Of a stretch of DNA of 64,000 nucleotides, positions 1 through 12,927 are shown one piece after another (the stretch's first letter is position 1; each line of letters starts with the position of its first letter). The notes beneath the pieces are model-generated. The model was not told the DNA's origin. It saw nothing but the letters and a program-made list of their open reading frames with translations, and did not search any database. Source of the stretch: Candidatus Marinacidobacterales bacterium (GTDB lineage: Bacteria; Acidobacteriota; Vicinamibacteria; Marinacidobacterales; SMYC01); NCBI GenBank assembly GCA_965224085.1, contig CBDCYI010000011.1, forward strand, positions 32,001 to 96,000, in the 5' to 3' direction. The position numbers and the translations under genes were made by a program.

Positions 1-35
1 GAGCTCGTCAATCGTGAGCTCGGGAAGGCAAACGC

Positions 36-539
36 GTGACGACCTATCGTCCCCTGCTTTTGATGCTTCTCGTCGTGATCGTGGCGGCGTCTTTGGTGTT
101 CTTTTTGCTCGGCGAACCGTCTTGGGCGGACGCGGGTTGGGCTCTTTTCCTCGTGGTGCTTTGGAGTCCGGTAAAGGGCGTGACCTATCGCCGTCTCGGC
201 GGGAAGCTGCCCTATCTCGGTGCTCTCCTCGGCAGTATTTCGTGGCAGGCTGTGGGGCTTCCGATCGACTTGGACTCGTTCTGGGTCATCATGGGCGTGA
301 GCTTTCTCGTCGGGGTAGCGATCGAGACGCTCGCGCTCGCGGCGACGGGCGCGGCACCGAATTTCGCGCGCTGTTTGTTCCTCGCGCTCTATGGAAGCCT
401 GATCGTGCACCTCATTCAAGTAGGATGGTTCGCATCGCAGCGCAGCGTGGCCCTCGGCGTTCCGTTCCTTCTCGCCGGGATTTTCTTGTTCTTCACTCCG
501 GCCTTTTACGCCGACCGTTTCGCTCAGGAACCGCGGTGA
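36..539 (+). CDS. Hypothetical multi-pass membrane protein
   Basis: 167-aa ORF made almost entirely of hydrophobic helices; upstream of the APC permease. Confidence 0.7.
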   Translation: MTTYRPLLLMLLVVIVAASLVFFLLGEPSWADAGWALFLVVLWSPVKGVTYRRLGGKLPYLGALLGSISWQAVGLPIDLDSFWVIMGVSFLVGVAIETLALAATGAAPNFARCLFLALYGSLIVHLIQVGWFASQRSVALGVPFLLAGIFLFFTPAFYADRFAQEPR

Positions 540-603
540 GCCCCCGACTTTGCCAAGGCTTCGTCGGGGCCCGAAGGGCGAAGGCGAGCGCATTAGGGCA
601 GTG

Positions 604-2049
604 ATGCCGAAAGCGGGCCTGAGCCGTGAGCTCGGCCTGCTCGGTCTCGTGGCCACCGGTGTTTGCGCCATGCTAGGCGCGGGCGTCAACGTCGTGCCTT
701 TCATGATCCAAAGGAACGTGCCCGGCATCGGTCCATCGGTGCTCTTCGCCTATGTCCTTGCGATCTTCCCCGCGCTCTTGGCGGCCTTTTGCTATGCGAT
801 GCTTGCCTCGGCTATGCCACGTGCGGGTGGAAGCTACGTCTTCGCGAGCCGGAGCCTCTGTCCCTATCTCGGTTTCGTGGCGAGCTTCTCGCAATGGTTC
901 GGTCTTTCTATGGCCATTGGAGTGGTCTCTTACGTACTCGTGCCGTTTCTTCGCGATCTCGCCGAGGCGGTGTCGCTCACCAATATTGCCGCGCTCCTCG
1001 AGCATGGGCCGGTCCGCGTTGTGCTGCCGCTCGCGTTTTTGTGGCTGTTCACCGGCGTCAATCTGCTCGGTACGAAGTTCTACGAGCGGACGCTCGTCCC
1101 GCTCATGATATTGATGTTCGCGGGTGGCCTCGTCGCCATTCCTGCTGGGTTCTCTTTCACCCACGAAGATTTTGCCGCCGCTGTAAAGCTCCAGGAAGGC
1201 GTGGCGATTGCCCTCCCCGAGCGCGTGCCCTTCGACTGGGGTCCCGTGCTCACCGCCTCGGTGCTCTTGTTCTCGAGCTTCATCGGGTTCGACTCCGTTG
1301 CTCAAGCGGGCGGTGAGGCGAAGCGGCCTGGGCGCAACCTTCCTCTCGCGATTTGCATCACCATCACGACGGTCGGCGCCTACTACATCGCCTTTACCGC
1401 CGCCATCTACCACGCCGTGCCGTGGACCTTCATCGCGGAGCGCGCCATCACGACCGATCTCACCGCGCCTGGGCTGCTCGGCTATCTGATGTCGCCAGGG
1501 TGGACCGTTTTGATCGTCGCGGCGGCCACGATTGCGCTCGCGAACGATCTGCCCGCGATGATCCTTTCCGTGTCGCGCCTCGTTTTCGCTTGGGCAGAAG
1601 ACGGGATCTTCCCGGCCGCCTTCGCGACTATCAACACGCGCTACCGCACACCCCACTGGGCGATTCTGCTGAGCAGTGCTGCTGCCTCCGTGGGTATCGT
1701 TGGCAATCACGTATCGGGAGATTTCTTCCTTGGCGTCGATTTGCTCGTCACGGCCATGCTCGTGAATTTTTTCTTGATGGCCATCTCCGTGATCGCGCTC
1801 AGAAAGAAGAATCCTGCAATCGCAAACAATATCCAATTCATGCGCTCGCGTTTGCTGCAGCTCGCTGTGGCCGTCTCCGCGAGCATTCTTCTGTTCACCC
1901 TCACCATCATCCAGGTGGTGAAGGACCTTTCGACGCACGCGGATGCGTGGTATTTCCACGCCTTTTATACCTATCTTGTCGTGCTCGGTGTCGGCTCTCT
2001 CATCTATGCCTATCGCGTGGCGAGGATGCGCGGGGAAGGGATCGACTAG
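604..2049 (+). CDS. APC-family amino acid permease (natural end probably 2081; 1-bp frameshift near 2046)
   Basis: LSRELGL..GAG TM1 motif, MPRAGGSY, GFD..A..GGE and TPH motifs; ~12 TM helices; the shifted frame continues LESRFARLPDQ*. Confidence 0.88.
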   Translation: MPKAGLSRELGLLGLVATGVCAMLGAGVNVVPFMIQRNVPGIGPSVLFAYVLAIFPALLAAFCYAMLASAMPRAGGSYVFASRSLCPYLGFVASFSQWFGLSMAIGVVSYVLVPFLRDLAEAVSLTNIAALLEHGPVRVVLPLAFLWLFTGVNLLGTKFYERTLVPLMILMFAGGLVAIPAGFSFTHEDFAAAVKLQEGVAIALPERVPFDWGPVLTASVLLFSSFIGFDSVAQAGGEAKRPGRNLPLAICITITTVGAYYIAFTAAIYHAVPWTFIAERAITTDLTAPGLLGYLMSPGWTVLIVAAATIALANDLPAMILSVSRLVFAWAEDGIFPAAFATINTRYRTPHWAILLSSAAASVGIVGNHVSGDFFLGVDLLVTAMLVNFFLMAISVIALRKKNPAIANNIQFMRSRLLQLAVAVSASILLFTLTIIQVVKDLSTHADAWYFHAFYTYLVVLGVGSLIYAYRVARMRGEGID

Positions 2050-2126
2050 AATCTCGCTTCGCCAGACTTCCCGATCAGTGAGCCCTAGGCTGCCTAGCCG
2101 GTAACAACTCGGATTGCGGGAAAGAC

Positions 2127-3383
2127 TTAGAGCGAGCGCGGTCTCGTTTTGGCGATGGCGAGATCCCGGATGGCCTCGGTGAGCTCGTCCGCCTCGGGTG
2201 GATCGAGCCGCCCATCTGTGCTCAGCTGGACGTAAATGCGGAGAACACCGAAGAGGTCGCGCCAGCCCAGGTTACCGTCCTCGTTCAAAGCGGACAGCGC
2301 GTCGAAGGCGGCCGCGAGGCGAGCTCCGTCGTCATCCTCAGTCGCCGTGAGCTGTTGCTCGCTTTGAATCTTCAGTCCCTGAATCACGCTTTCGTGAATC
2401 CGCGTGGGGTACATGCTGTACACCGATGCGACAAAAAGACTCATGAGAACGACGACACCGAGAACGATGGACGCGCCGACGACGAGCCAGCCGAGGCGGC
2501 GCTTGTCCCGTGGCACGGAGGCAAGCTCCTGTGAAAGAGAAACGGAGCTTCTGGGAACGTCCAAGCGCGCCGGGCTTTCGGCGTGTCCTTCTGACTTCAG
2601 TGGGAGGTTCGGCTCGGGGTCTAACCGGCGGAAGTAGTACGCGCACGTCAAACCAAAAATCGCGAGTGCTGGGAGAAGGGTCGCCGGCGGGATCCATAGA
2701 GGCTCGCCGAGCGTGTCGAGATCGGCGATATTGATGAGCAAGAGCCCGGCGACGTTATGGGTGAAGTGCACGACGATAGGGACGAGGATGCTCCGCGTCG
2801 CAAGTGCTACGAAGCCAAGCACGATTCCCGCCGCGGCGATGGCCGGGATCGGCAGAAAATGGATCAACATGAACAGAAAGGACGTCCAGAGCACGGCTCG
2901 GCTCCGCGACATGGCTCGCAGAAAGCTTGTCTGGATGAAACCGCGAAACATCAGCTCTTCGGAGACGGCCGCACCCACGCCGATCGTCCCGATTTTCAAC
3001 AGCCACTCGACCGGGCTTTCGGCTTGCATCATGCGTCGCGTCTCTTGGGCGATCTCTTCGGGCAATGCGAAGAACTCTTCCGTGAGAAGAGACAGTTGAT
3101 CGCCGAGAATGAAAAAAGAGATCGCGAGCGGGAACGCCATGAAAAAGTCGGCGCGGGATGGAAGCCGCAGGAGCAGCGTCTCCGGTAAATCGACGCGAAG
3201 TCGGATTGCGGTAGCCACCGTGAGCAGCAACATCAAGCTGGGCGTCACGATGAGAACGGCGTTCTCCGACACGTTCAGGGCGTTGAATAGAAAAATGGCC
3301 GCGACGTGGACGAGCAGCACGGTCATGTAGAGGCCGACGCCGGCTGCTGGCGACGGGATGCTCGATCGCTCCTTGAGGCTCAT
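2127..3383 (-). CDS. CPBP-family (CAAX/Abi) intramembrane metalloprotease with C-terminal extension
   Basis: SEELMFRG, FMLIH and VVHFTHN motifs; start taken at MSLKERS. Confidence 0.85.
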   Translation of the reverse strand: MSLKERSSIPSPAAGVGLYMTVLLVHVAAIFLFNALNVSENAVLIVTPSLMLLLTVATAIRLRVDLPETLLLRLPSRADFFMAFPLAISFFILGDQLSLLTEEFFALPEEIAQETRRMMQAESPVEWLLKIGTIGVGAAVSEELMFRGFIQTSFLRAMSRSRAVLWTSFLFMLIHFLPIPAIAAAGIVLGFVALATRSILVPIVVHFTHNVAGLLLINIADLDTLGEPLWIPPATLLPALAIFGLTCAYYFRRLDPEPNLPLKSEGHAESPARLDVPRSSVSLSQELASVPRDKRRLGWLVVGASIVLGVVVLMSLFVASVYSMYPTRIHESVIQGLKIQSEQQLTATEDDDGARLAAAFDALSALNEDGNLGWRDLFGVLRIYVQLSTDGRLDPPEADELTEAIRDLAIAKTRPRSL

Positions 3384-3488
3384 GGTCTCGACTACTATAG
3401 ACCAAGGCACATTTTTAATAGTTGGTCGGGGGTTGGACGATGACGGGTGTTTGATATAAGCTCGTATAACTTGTGTCCTATCATTTAG

Positions 3489-4029
3489 TGTCTCTTCCGG
3501 GGATGGTCGAAACCCCTCGCCTTTAGGCGAAGAGAAGATCGTGGTATTGTGGTCGCGTGCGTCACTACAGGCACGGAGCGCACACGAAAACGGACCTAAA
3601 AGCGCACATCGTTTGGATACCGAAATATCGTAAAAAGGTTTTGATCGGTCCAGTAGCGGTTCGTGTGCGCGATCTGATTCGTCAGATCGCGATGGAACAT
3701 GAGCTGCACATAATCTCGGGTAAGGTTGCACGCGACCACGTCCACGTGTTCGTATCCTACCGACCACACCAGGACCTTGAGTACGATCGTGCAGTGGCTA
3801 AAAGGAATAAGCTCCCGAGTACTCCTTCAGGAGTTTGCTCACCTGAGGAAGAAGTTTTGGGGCCGGCACTTCTGGGCCCGAGGATATCTGGCGGTGAGTT
3901 CAGGAAGCATAACGGACGAGATGGTAAAGGAGTACATAGACTCCCAGGATGGCGAGCCTCTTCACGACGACAGTCAATTTCCAATTGACAGCCCTTGAAG
4001 CCACCGCCTTCTAGGCGGTGGTTGTTCAC
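3489..4029 (+). mobile_element. IS200/IS605-family element (tnpA only)
   Basis: Subterminal hairpins TCGCCTTTAGGCGA (~3517-3530) and CCACCGCCTTCTAGGCGGTGG (~4001-4021); right end TTCAC; encloses a Y1 transposase. Left boundary approximate. Confidence 0.8.
3557..3998 (+). pseudogene. tnpA: IS200-type Y1 transposase, frameshifted near 3776
   Basis: HIVWIPKYRK and HUH motif DHVH in one frame; LKGISSR, FWARGY and catalytic Tyr (KEYI) in the next frame. Confidence 0.88.
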
Positions 4030-4057
4030 TTGAATAGTTTAATCGGAGGTGTGCTCG

Positions 4058-7110
<3,053 letters not shown>

Positions 7111-7207
7111 ACTTATCCGTTCGCAGATGGTGGTAAGTGCCGCTCCAATCAGTTAACCTCCTCGGAGGTTGAACCTCTCATGCTGCTTGGACGTATCTAT
7201 AGCTAGT

Positions 7208-7402
7208 ATGACCAAATTCCTGCTTTGGTTGCTCTTGTTCATCCTTTGCTGGCCGCTCGCGCTGTTCGCGCTCGTCCTCTACCCGATTGTATGGCTACTT
7301 ACGCTGCCGTTCAGGCTCGTCGGTATTGCCGTCGGCGGCGCTTTCGAGCTTCTTCGCGCCATCGTGCTTCTGCCCGCGCGCCTTCTCGGCTCGCGGGTCT
7401 GA
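7208..7402 (+). CDS. Small hydrophobic membrane protein
   Basis: 64-aa Leu/Pro-rich ORF with two TM-like segments. Confidence 0.6.
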   Translation: MTKFLLWLLLFILCWPLALFALVLYPIVWLLTLPFRLVGIAVGGAFELLRAIVLLPARLLGSRV

Positions 7403-7470
7403 CGTGGGTCGGCGAGAAGCGCTGAAGAAGTCGCACGCCTCGCGTTACTAGAGAACCTTGTTTCCGAGCT

Positions 7471-9093
7471 CTAGATAGCTGCTTTTTGTACGAGCTCCGA
7501 GGTCCTTTGATTCCCTAGCGGAGCCGTAGACGCACTTCGAAGCCCGCCCCCCCCGAGAGACGACGCTTGGGCGCGGATCGACCCTCCACGACGCTCCAGA
7601 ATGGCTTTGACGATCGCAAGCCCGAGCCCGGTATGATCCCCGCGGCGGCTCGCGTTCGTCCGGTAGCTGAAGAAGCGGTCGAAGACGCGCTCCGCGTGCT
7701 CTTCCGGAATGCCTGGGCCGTCGTCTTCCACGAGCACCACTGCCTCGCGACCCTTCGCCTTCGAGCTTACACGTACGTGGCCTTTGCTCGAGAAGTCGGC
7801 AGCATTGTCGATGAGGTTCTCGAACACGCGCGCCATGCGATCGGGACCGGCGGCAACGGTAAGCTCAGCGTCGCTGAGTGCAAGCTCGAGCTCGAGGCTC
7901 CGGTAGCGCTCTCGCTCCGCCACGCCGCGCAAAAGCACGTTGAGGTCGACCGGTCCCGGCTCTTCGTCTTTGTCGTCGCTCGTCCCGTCGAGCAGCGTGA
8001 CTTCCCGCACTTCGGAGAGCAGCTTTTCGAGCCGGGCGATGTCGCTCTCGACGATGCGGGCAAACCGCGCGCGCTCTTCGGGGTCTTCGACTTCGGCGAG
8101 CACCTCCGCGGCGGAGCGCATCGACGCGAGGGGATTCTTGAACTCGTGAGAAACGTCGGCGGCGAAGGACTCGATGAAACGCATCCGCTCTTCGAGCCGC
8201 GACGAGAGCTCGGAAAGAGCGCGGCTCAAATCGCCGATCTCGTCGAGGCGCGCGGACCCGCTAAAACGTCCTCTCAACCGGCCGCGTCGATCGACGATCG
8301 CCTGCGCTTGTGCCCGCAATCGTTTCAAGGGACTCGAGATCGTCGTCGAGACCAGAAGGCTCAAAACGGCGGCGACACCGACAGCGCCGAGCAGAAAGCG
8401 AAAGATCGCGAGGCGGACTTCGTAGAGGTCTTGAAGAATGTGAAAGGTCGAGCGCGAGACGAGCACGGCGCCCACGATCTCGCCTGTGTTCTCGATCGGA
8501 AGCGCGCTGTAGAGCGTGACCGAGCGCTGGCCTCCCGTTGTTACCCGGGTGGCGGCGCCGTATTGCCCTTTCAAAGCGAGCTGGACTTCCGCGCCGTCGA
8601 ACGGTCGCTCGGCCGAGTAGAACTCTTCACCGATGGCGGGTCTGGGTCCGCTCACGACGTAGTCGACGAGGCGGAAGAGTGACGAACCGATCCGGTAGAG
8701 CCAGCTCGTGCGCAGGCTCTCGTCATCTAGAGTGTCGTCGAGTGTTTTAGGCTCCCGCCGTGGCCCGAGTTGGCTCGTGTCCAAGACGAGCCGCCGGTCG
8801 GGACCGATCACGCGGAGTCGCGATGTGGTGCGCTGCCGTAGGCGTACGAGAATTGGCTCGACAAGAGCAGCGTCGAGAGTGTCGCGCTCGGAGAGCGCGG
8901 CCGCGAGTACGCGGCCCTGCTGCACCATCGAGCGCTCCTGAGCTCTCAAGAGCTGCCGCTCGAAGATAGTGAGATAAGACACGCCGGCGACAGGGAGAAA
9001 AACGAGGAGAACGTTGAACGCTAGAAGGCGAATCGAGATCCGGGAGAGAAAGCGGCGCAGGCTGGTCAAAGCACTTTCAGTCTTCGCACTCAC
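7471..9093 (-). CDS. Sensor histidine kinase (ChvG/PdsS-like); extreme C-terminus frameshifted in a G8 tract (natural end probably 7515)
   Basis: Two TMs, HAMP (DEIGDL), H-box ADVSHEFKNPL, NLIDNA, DDGPGI, GLGLAIV. Confidence 0.92.
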   Translation of the reverse strand: MSAKTESALTSLRRFLSRISIRLLAFNVLLVFLPVAGVSYLTIFERQLLRAQERSMVQQGRVLAAALSERDTLDAALVEPILVRLRQRTTSRLRVIGPDRRLVLDTSQLGPRREPKTLDDTLDDESLRTSWLYRIGSSLFRLVDYVVSGPRPAIGEEFYSAERPFDGAEVQLALKGQYGAATRVTTGGQRSVTLYSALPIENTGEIVGAVLVSRSTFHILQDLYEVRLAIFRFLLGAVGVAAVLSLLVSTTISSPLKRLRAQAQAIVDRRGRLRGRFSGSARLDEIGDLSRALSELSSRLEERMRFIESFAADVSHEFKNPLASMRSAAEVLAEVEDPEERARFARIVESDIARLEKLLSEVREVTLLDGTSDDKDEEPGPVDLNVLLRGVAERERYRSLELELALSDAELTVAAGPDRMARVFENLIDNAADFSSKGHVRVSSKAKGREAVVLVEDDGPGIPEEHAERVFDRFFSYRTNASRRGDHTGLGLAIVKAILERRGGSIRAQASSLGGGGLRSASTAPLGNQRTSELVQKAAI

Positions 9094-9793
9094 GATAGCG
9101 GTAGCCTAGCCCATAGACCGTGTCGATCTCACTGAATGCGTCATCGATTTGAGCGAACTTTTTGCGAAGTCTCTTCACGTGGCTGTCGATCGTCCGCTCG
9201 CTGACATAGGCGTCGTGCGGGTAGCACTCTTCCATGAGCCGGGCTCGCGACTTGACGTGGCCGGGCCGGCGCGCGAGGGCATGGAGCAGCGTGAACTCGG
9301 TGACGGTGAGCGTGAGAGGCTCGCCTCTCCACGTCGCTTGATAGCGCCCCATATCGAGCGCAAGCGGCCCGAGGCTCACACGTTCCTCGGGAGCGGTGGC
9401 GGCGCCGGCTCCCACGAGCGCGAGCCTGCGGAAGAGCACTTTGATGCGCGCGACGAGCTCGCGCATCGCGAAAGGCTTGCACAAATAGTCGTCGGCGCCG
9501 AGCTCGAGCCCGAGCACGCGGTCGAACTCCTCATCCTTCGAGGTCAAGAAGATGATGGGAAGCATCTCGGATTGGCCGCGCAGCTTGCGGCAAAGCTCGA
9601 GCCCGTCCATGCGCGGCATCAATATGTCGAGCACGCAGAGATCGGGGAGCACGTTTTGAAGCTGCTCCCACGCGTTCAGGCCATCCGTGTAGAGATCAAC
9701 ATGGTAGCCCTCCCGGCGGAGCGCGTAGGCGACCGTATCGCGAATGTTCTCTTCGTCGTCGACAACGGCCACCGAACCGGTGTTTTTGTCCAT
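9077..9793 (-). CDS. OmpR-family response regulator (ChvI/PdsR-like)
   Basis: VVDD, LDILMP (phosphoacceptor D), LTSK, KPF, wHTH ERTIDSHVKRLR..GLGY. Confidence 0.95.
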   Translation of the reverse strand: MDKNTGSVAVVDDEENIRDTVAYALRREGYHVDLYTDGLNAWEQLQNVLPDLCVLDILMPRMDGLELCRKLRGQSEMLPIIFLTSKDEEFDRVLGLELGADDYLCKPFAMRELVARIKVLFRRLALVGAGAATAPEERVSLGPLALDMGRYQATWRGEPLTLTVTEFTLLHALARRPGHVKSRARLMEECYPHDAYVSERTIDSHVKRLRKKFAQIDDAFSEIDTVYGLGYRYRECED

Positions 9794-9940
9794 GTAATTC
9801 CAATGTAGCGCATGAGATCGATGACGGCTACCCGCGACACAGGTTTGCCACATTGTTTCATCGTATCGCCTCGATGCCGTCGCAAGCTCCACGCATCGGA
9901 ACGTTCAAATAGATCCATGAACGCGAGGGGGAGGACCACG

Positions 9941-12049
9941 ATGCCGAAGACGAAATCTTTCCTGATGGTGCTGGCGCTTCTGGCGCTAGCGACAGAAAGC
10001 CAAGCGTGGCGACCGCGATCCCAAGTCGTCACTCCAGCCGATATGAAGATGGGCAGCCTCCTGCTCCGTCCGGACATGGACCGAGGCTATGTGCAAGCAC
10101 CGACAGTCGAAACGAAAGTGCGGATTCGCGTCACTGGCCTCGTCGGGCGCACGCGCGTCGTGCAACAGTTTCGCAACCCGTCGGACGAGTGGGTCGAAGG
10201 CGTCTACGTCTTTCCGCTCCCTGTACGCGCCGCCGTGGACACGCTTCGCATGAAGGTGGGGGAACGGGTCATCGAAGGACAGATCCAGGAAAGAGCCCAA
10301 GCGCGCCGGACCTACGAAAAGGCCAAACGGGAAGGGAAGAAAGCGACTCTTGTCGAGCAGGAGAGGCCGAACATCTTCACAGTCTCGCTCGCCCATATCG
10401 GACCTCTGGAGAGCGTGCTGATCGAGCTCGAATATCAGGAGGAAGTCCGTTACGAGGCCGGCCGCTTCGATCTTCGCTTCCCGATGGTGGTAGGCCCTCG
10501 TTACATTCCTGGAATTCCCGCGAGGACCGAGACGGTCTCCTTCAAGGGTACGGGCTGGGCGCAGCCGACGCGCGCCGTCACGGATGCCGACCGGGTAACA
10601 CCGCCGGTGCTGCCACCGAGCTCACGTCGCGAGAACCCCGTCGAGCTCGACATCGAGCTGTATCTCGGGATGCCGCTCGCAAGCGTCAAGTCGTCCTCAC
10701 ATGCTTTGAAGGTGGAGCACCAAGTAGGGTTCGGTTACCACGTGACGCCCAGGGATGGGGCGGTGCCGGCAGATCGGGATTTCACCCTCAGCTGGGCTCC
10801 GGATGTCGGTGCCGCCCCAAGGGCCGCGCTCTTCACCGAAAGCGTCGACGGCGATAACTACGTGCTTTTGATGCTGATGCCGCCTTCAGACGGCCAGAAG
10901 ACGGCGCGTCTTCCACGCGAGACGATCTTCGTGATTGACACCTCGGGCTCGATGCACGGCACTTCGATCGAGCAAGCGCGCGGCGCTCTACTCGAAGCAC
11001 TCGATAGGCTTCAGCCGGACGACACGTTCAATGTGATCCAGTTCAACGCGTCGACGTCGAAGCTCAACCATCAGCCCGTGCCCGCCACCCCCGACGCGGT
11101 AGAGCGCGCGCGCAACTACGTCCGAGGGCTCGAAGCGAGGGGCGGCACCGAGATGATGTCGGCTTTGACGGCCGCCTTCGGCCAACGAAGCCCTCCCGAG
11201 TTGCATCGTGTCGGGCGTGTCCAGCAAATCATTTTCATAACGGATGGTAGCGTTGGGAATGAGCCCGAGCTCTTCGGTCATATTCAATCTCATCTTGGAG
11301 AGCGGCGCCTTTTCACCGTCGGCATCGGCTCGGCGCCGAACGCACACTTCATGACCCGTGCCGCGAAGTTCGGCCGTGGCACATTCACTTATGTCAGCAC
11401 CGCGGCCGAAGTGTCGACCAAGATGGAAGAGCTGTTCGAAAAGCTCGAGAGCCCCGTGCTGAGCCACATCGAGCTCGGCTTCGAGGACAAGACCGCCGAG
11501 GTTTGGCCCCGGGACGTTCCCGATCTATATGCGGGCGAGCCCATCGTGGTGGCGGCGAAGGTGCGCGGTTTTGCGAGCGGGCTCGACGTGCGCGGTCGAC
11601 GCGGAGAAGAGCCGTGGGGCATCGGTTTTCAGCTGCGCGGCGGCAAGACTCAATCCGGAGTCGCGGGACTCTGGGCCCGCCGCAAGATTGCGGACCTCAT
11701 GGACACGATGACGGTCGCGAAGGAAGTTCCGGAACGCGACGCGGCCCGCGCCGGCATCGTTGACGTCGCTCTTCAGCATCATCTCGTGTCACGCTTCACA
11801 AGCCTCGTGGCCGTCGACGTCACGCCGTCCGCCCCGCCCGGCACGACGGCGATGACAAAGGCGGTGCCCACAGAGCTTCCCGCCGGTTGGAGCCATCAGC
11901 ATGTAGTGGGGACGTTGCCTCAGGGAGCGACGGCGGCGGAGCTTCTGATGCTGCTCGGGTTTCTCGCCCTCGTCACGGGGGTTCTGATCTTTTGGAGCGG
12001 GGATAGGTCATGCAAAGAAAAGCGGTCGGTGTTCTCCTCCTTGCCATAG
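9941..12049 (+). CDS. Sortase target protein: signal peptide, VIT and vWA domains, C-terminal LPxxA sorting signal
   Basis: VIT domain (F.NP..EGVYVFPLP), MIDAS DTSGSM, GGTE, ITDG; LPQGAT + TM + basic tail. Confidence 0.9.
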   Translation: MPKTKSFLMVLALLALATESQAWRPRSQVVTPADMKMGSLLLRPDMDRGYVQAPTVETKVRIRVTGLVGRTRVVQQFRNPSDEWVEGVYVFPLPVRAAVDTLRMKVGERVIEGQIQERAQARRTYEKAKREGKKATLVEQERPNIFTVSLAHIGPLESVLIELEYQEEVRYEAGRFDLRFPMVVGPRYIPGIPARTETVSFKGTGWAQPTRAVTDADRVTPPVLPPSSRRENPVELDIELYLGMPLASVKSSSHALKVEHQVGFGYHVTPRDGAVPADRDFTLSWAPDVGAAPRAALFTESVDGDNYVLLMLMPPSDGQKTARLPRETIFVIDTSGSMHGTSIEQARGALLEALDRLQPDDTFNVIQFNASTSKLNHQPVPATPDAVERARNYVRGLEARGGTEMMSALTAAFGQRSPPELHRVGRVQQIIFITDGSVGNEPELFGHIQSHLGERRLFTVGIGSAPNAHFMTRAAKFGRGTFTYVSTAAEVSTKMEELFEKLESPVLSHIELGFEDKTAEVWPRDVPDLYAGEPIVVAAKVRGFASGLDVRGRRGEEPWGIGFQLRGGKTQSGVAGLWARRKIADLMDTMTVAKEVPERDAARAGIVDVALQHHLVSRFTSLVAVDVTPSAPPGTTAMTKAVPTELPAGWSHQHVVGTLPQGATAAELLMLLGFLALVTGVLIFWSGDRSCKEKRSVFSSLP

Positions 12050-12573
12050 CCCTCGCCTTCATCGGCCAAAGCGTGTGGATGGACGCGAAGGCTCGGTTGG
12101 CTCAAGTGCTACTGGCACGGGCGTGGCAGGAACGGGTCGCGGGCACGCCCGAGCCGAAGCCCTGGCCTTGGGCCGACACCTGGCCGGTGGCGCTCTTGCG
12201 GGCGCCCCGGCTGGGTGCGAGACAGATAATACTTGCCGGCGCGAGCGGTCGGAACATGGCTTTCGGGCCGACCCATCTCTCGAGCTCCGCACGGCCGGGA
12301 GCCGACACGAACGTCGTCGTGAGCGGACATCGCGATACGCATTTTGCGTTTCTCGAGCATCTCGAGATAGGCGACGAGATCGTTATCGAGACTTCGGGCG
12401 AGCTTGAGCATCGCTACGCCGTAACGGGCGTGGGGGTCGTGGACGAACGCGACACGTGGGTCGCGGAGCCAACAGACGACAAGATGCTCACCCTCGTGAC
12501 CTGCTACCCGTTCGACGCGATCATCCCGGGCGGGCCCGAGCGCTATGTTGTTCGGGCGACCGCCTATCCGTGA
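12010..12573 (+). CDS. Class GN (proteobacterial-type) sortase
   Basis: PWPWADTWP, GHRDTHF (His), TLVTCYPF (Cys), PERY (Arg). Confidence 0.93.
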   Translation: MQRKAVGVLLLAIALAFIGQSVWMDAKARLAQVLLARAWQERVAGTPEPKPWPWADTWPVALLRAPRLGARQIILAGASGRNMAFGPTHLSSSARPGADTNVVVSGHRDTHFAFLEHLEIGDEIVIETSGELEHRYAVTGVGVVDERDTWVAEPTDDKMLTLVTCYPFDAIIPGGPERYVVRATAYP

Positions 12574-12619
12574 GCGGTTAGAAGCAGAACGAGAAGATGG
12601 GACACGGCGGGCTTTCGGA

Positions 12620-12907
12620 CTACGCGCCTTCGACGACGACGAAGTGGCCGGTGGCGGCGCCTTCGCGGGCCGCTTTAGCCTCCCGATATTCGGGCGAGTC
12701 GTAGAACTTCTTCGCCTGCTCGAGCGTGGTGAAGGCGACGATGACGACACGCGCCGTCTCTTCGCTGCCCTCGAGCGTTTCCGTGCGTCCGCCGCGCGCG
12801 AGGTAGCGGCCGTCATATTTGGCGATCGCCACGGCGGCGAGCTTCTTGTAACCCTCGTAAGCTTCCGGGTTCGTCACGTGAACGCGTGCGATGAGATAGG
12901 CGGCCAT
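12620..12907 (-). CDS. DUF1330-family protein
   Basis: Y.GRYLARGG, LEG, FYDSPEY..A...R, VEG signature. Confidence 0.88.
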   Translation of the reverse strand: MAAYLIARVHVTNPEAYEGYKKLAAVAIAKYDGRYLARGGRTETLEGSEETARVVIVAFTTLEQAKKFYDSPEYREAKAAREGAATGHFVVVEGA

Positions 12908-12927
12908 TTCGGGAATCTCCGTCTTGA

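Noticed and set aside
673-1959. Long antisense and alternate-frame ORFs (also 7567-8682, 16524-17729, 59175-60419)
   Set aside because: Shadow ORFs of high-GC coding genes with no recognisable motifs.
2127-3767. 546-aa version of the CPBP ORF
   Set aside because: The extra N-terminus runs through the IS200 element; the likely start is 3383.
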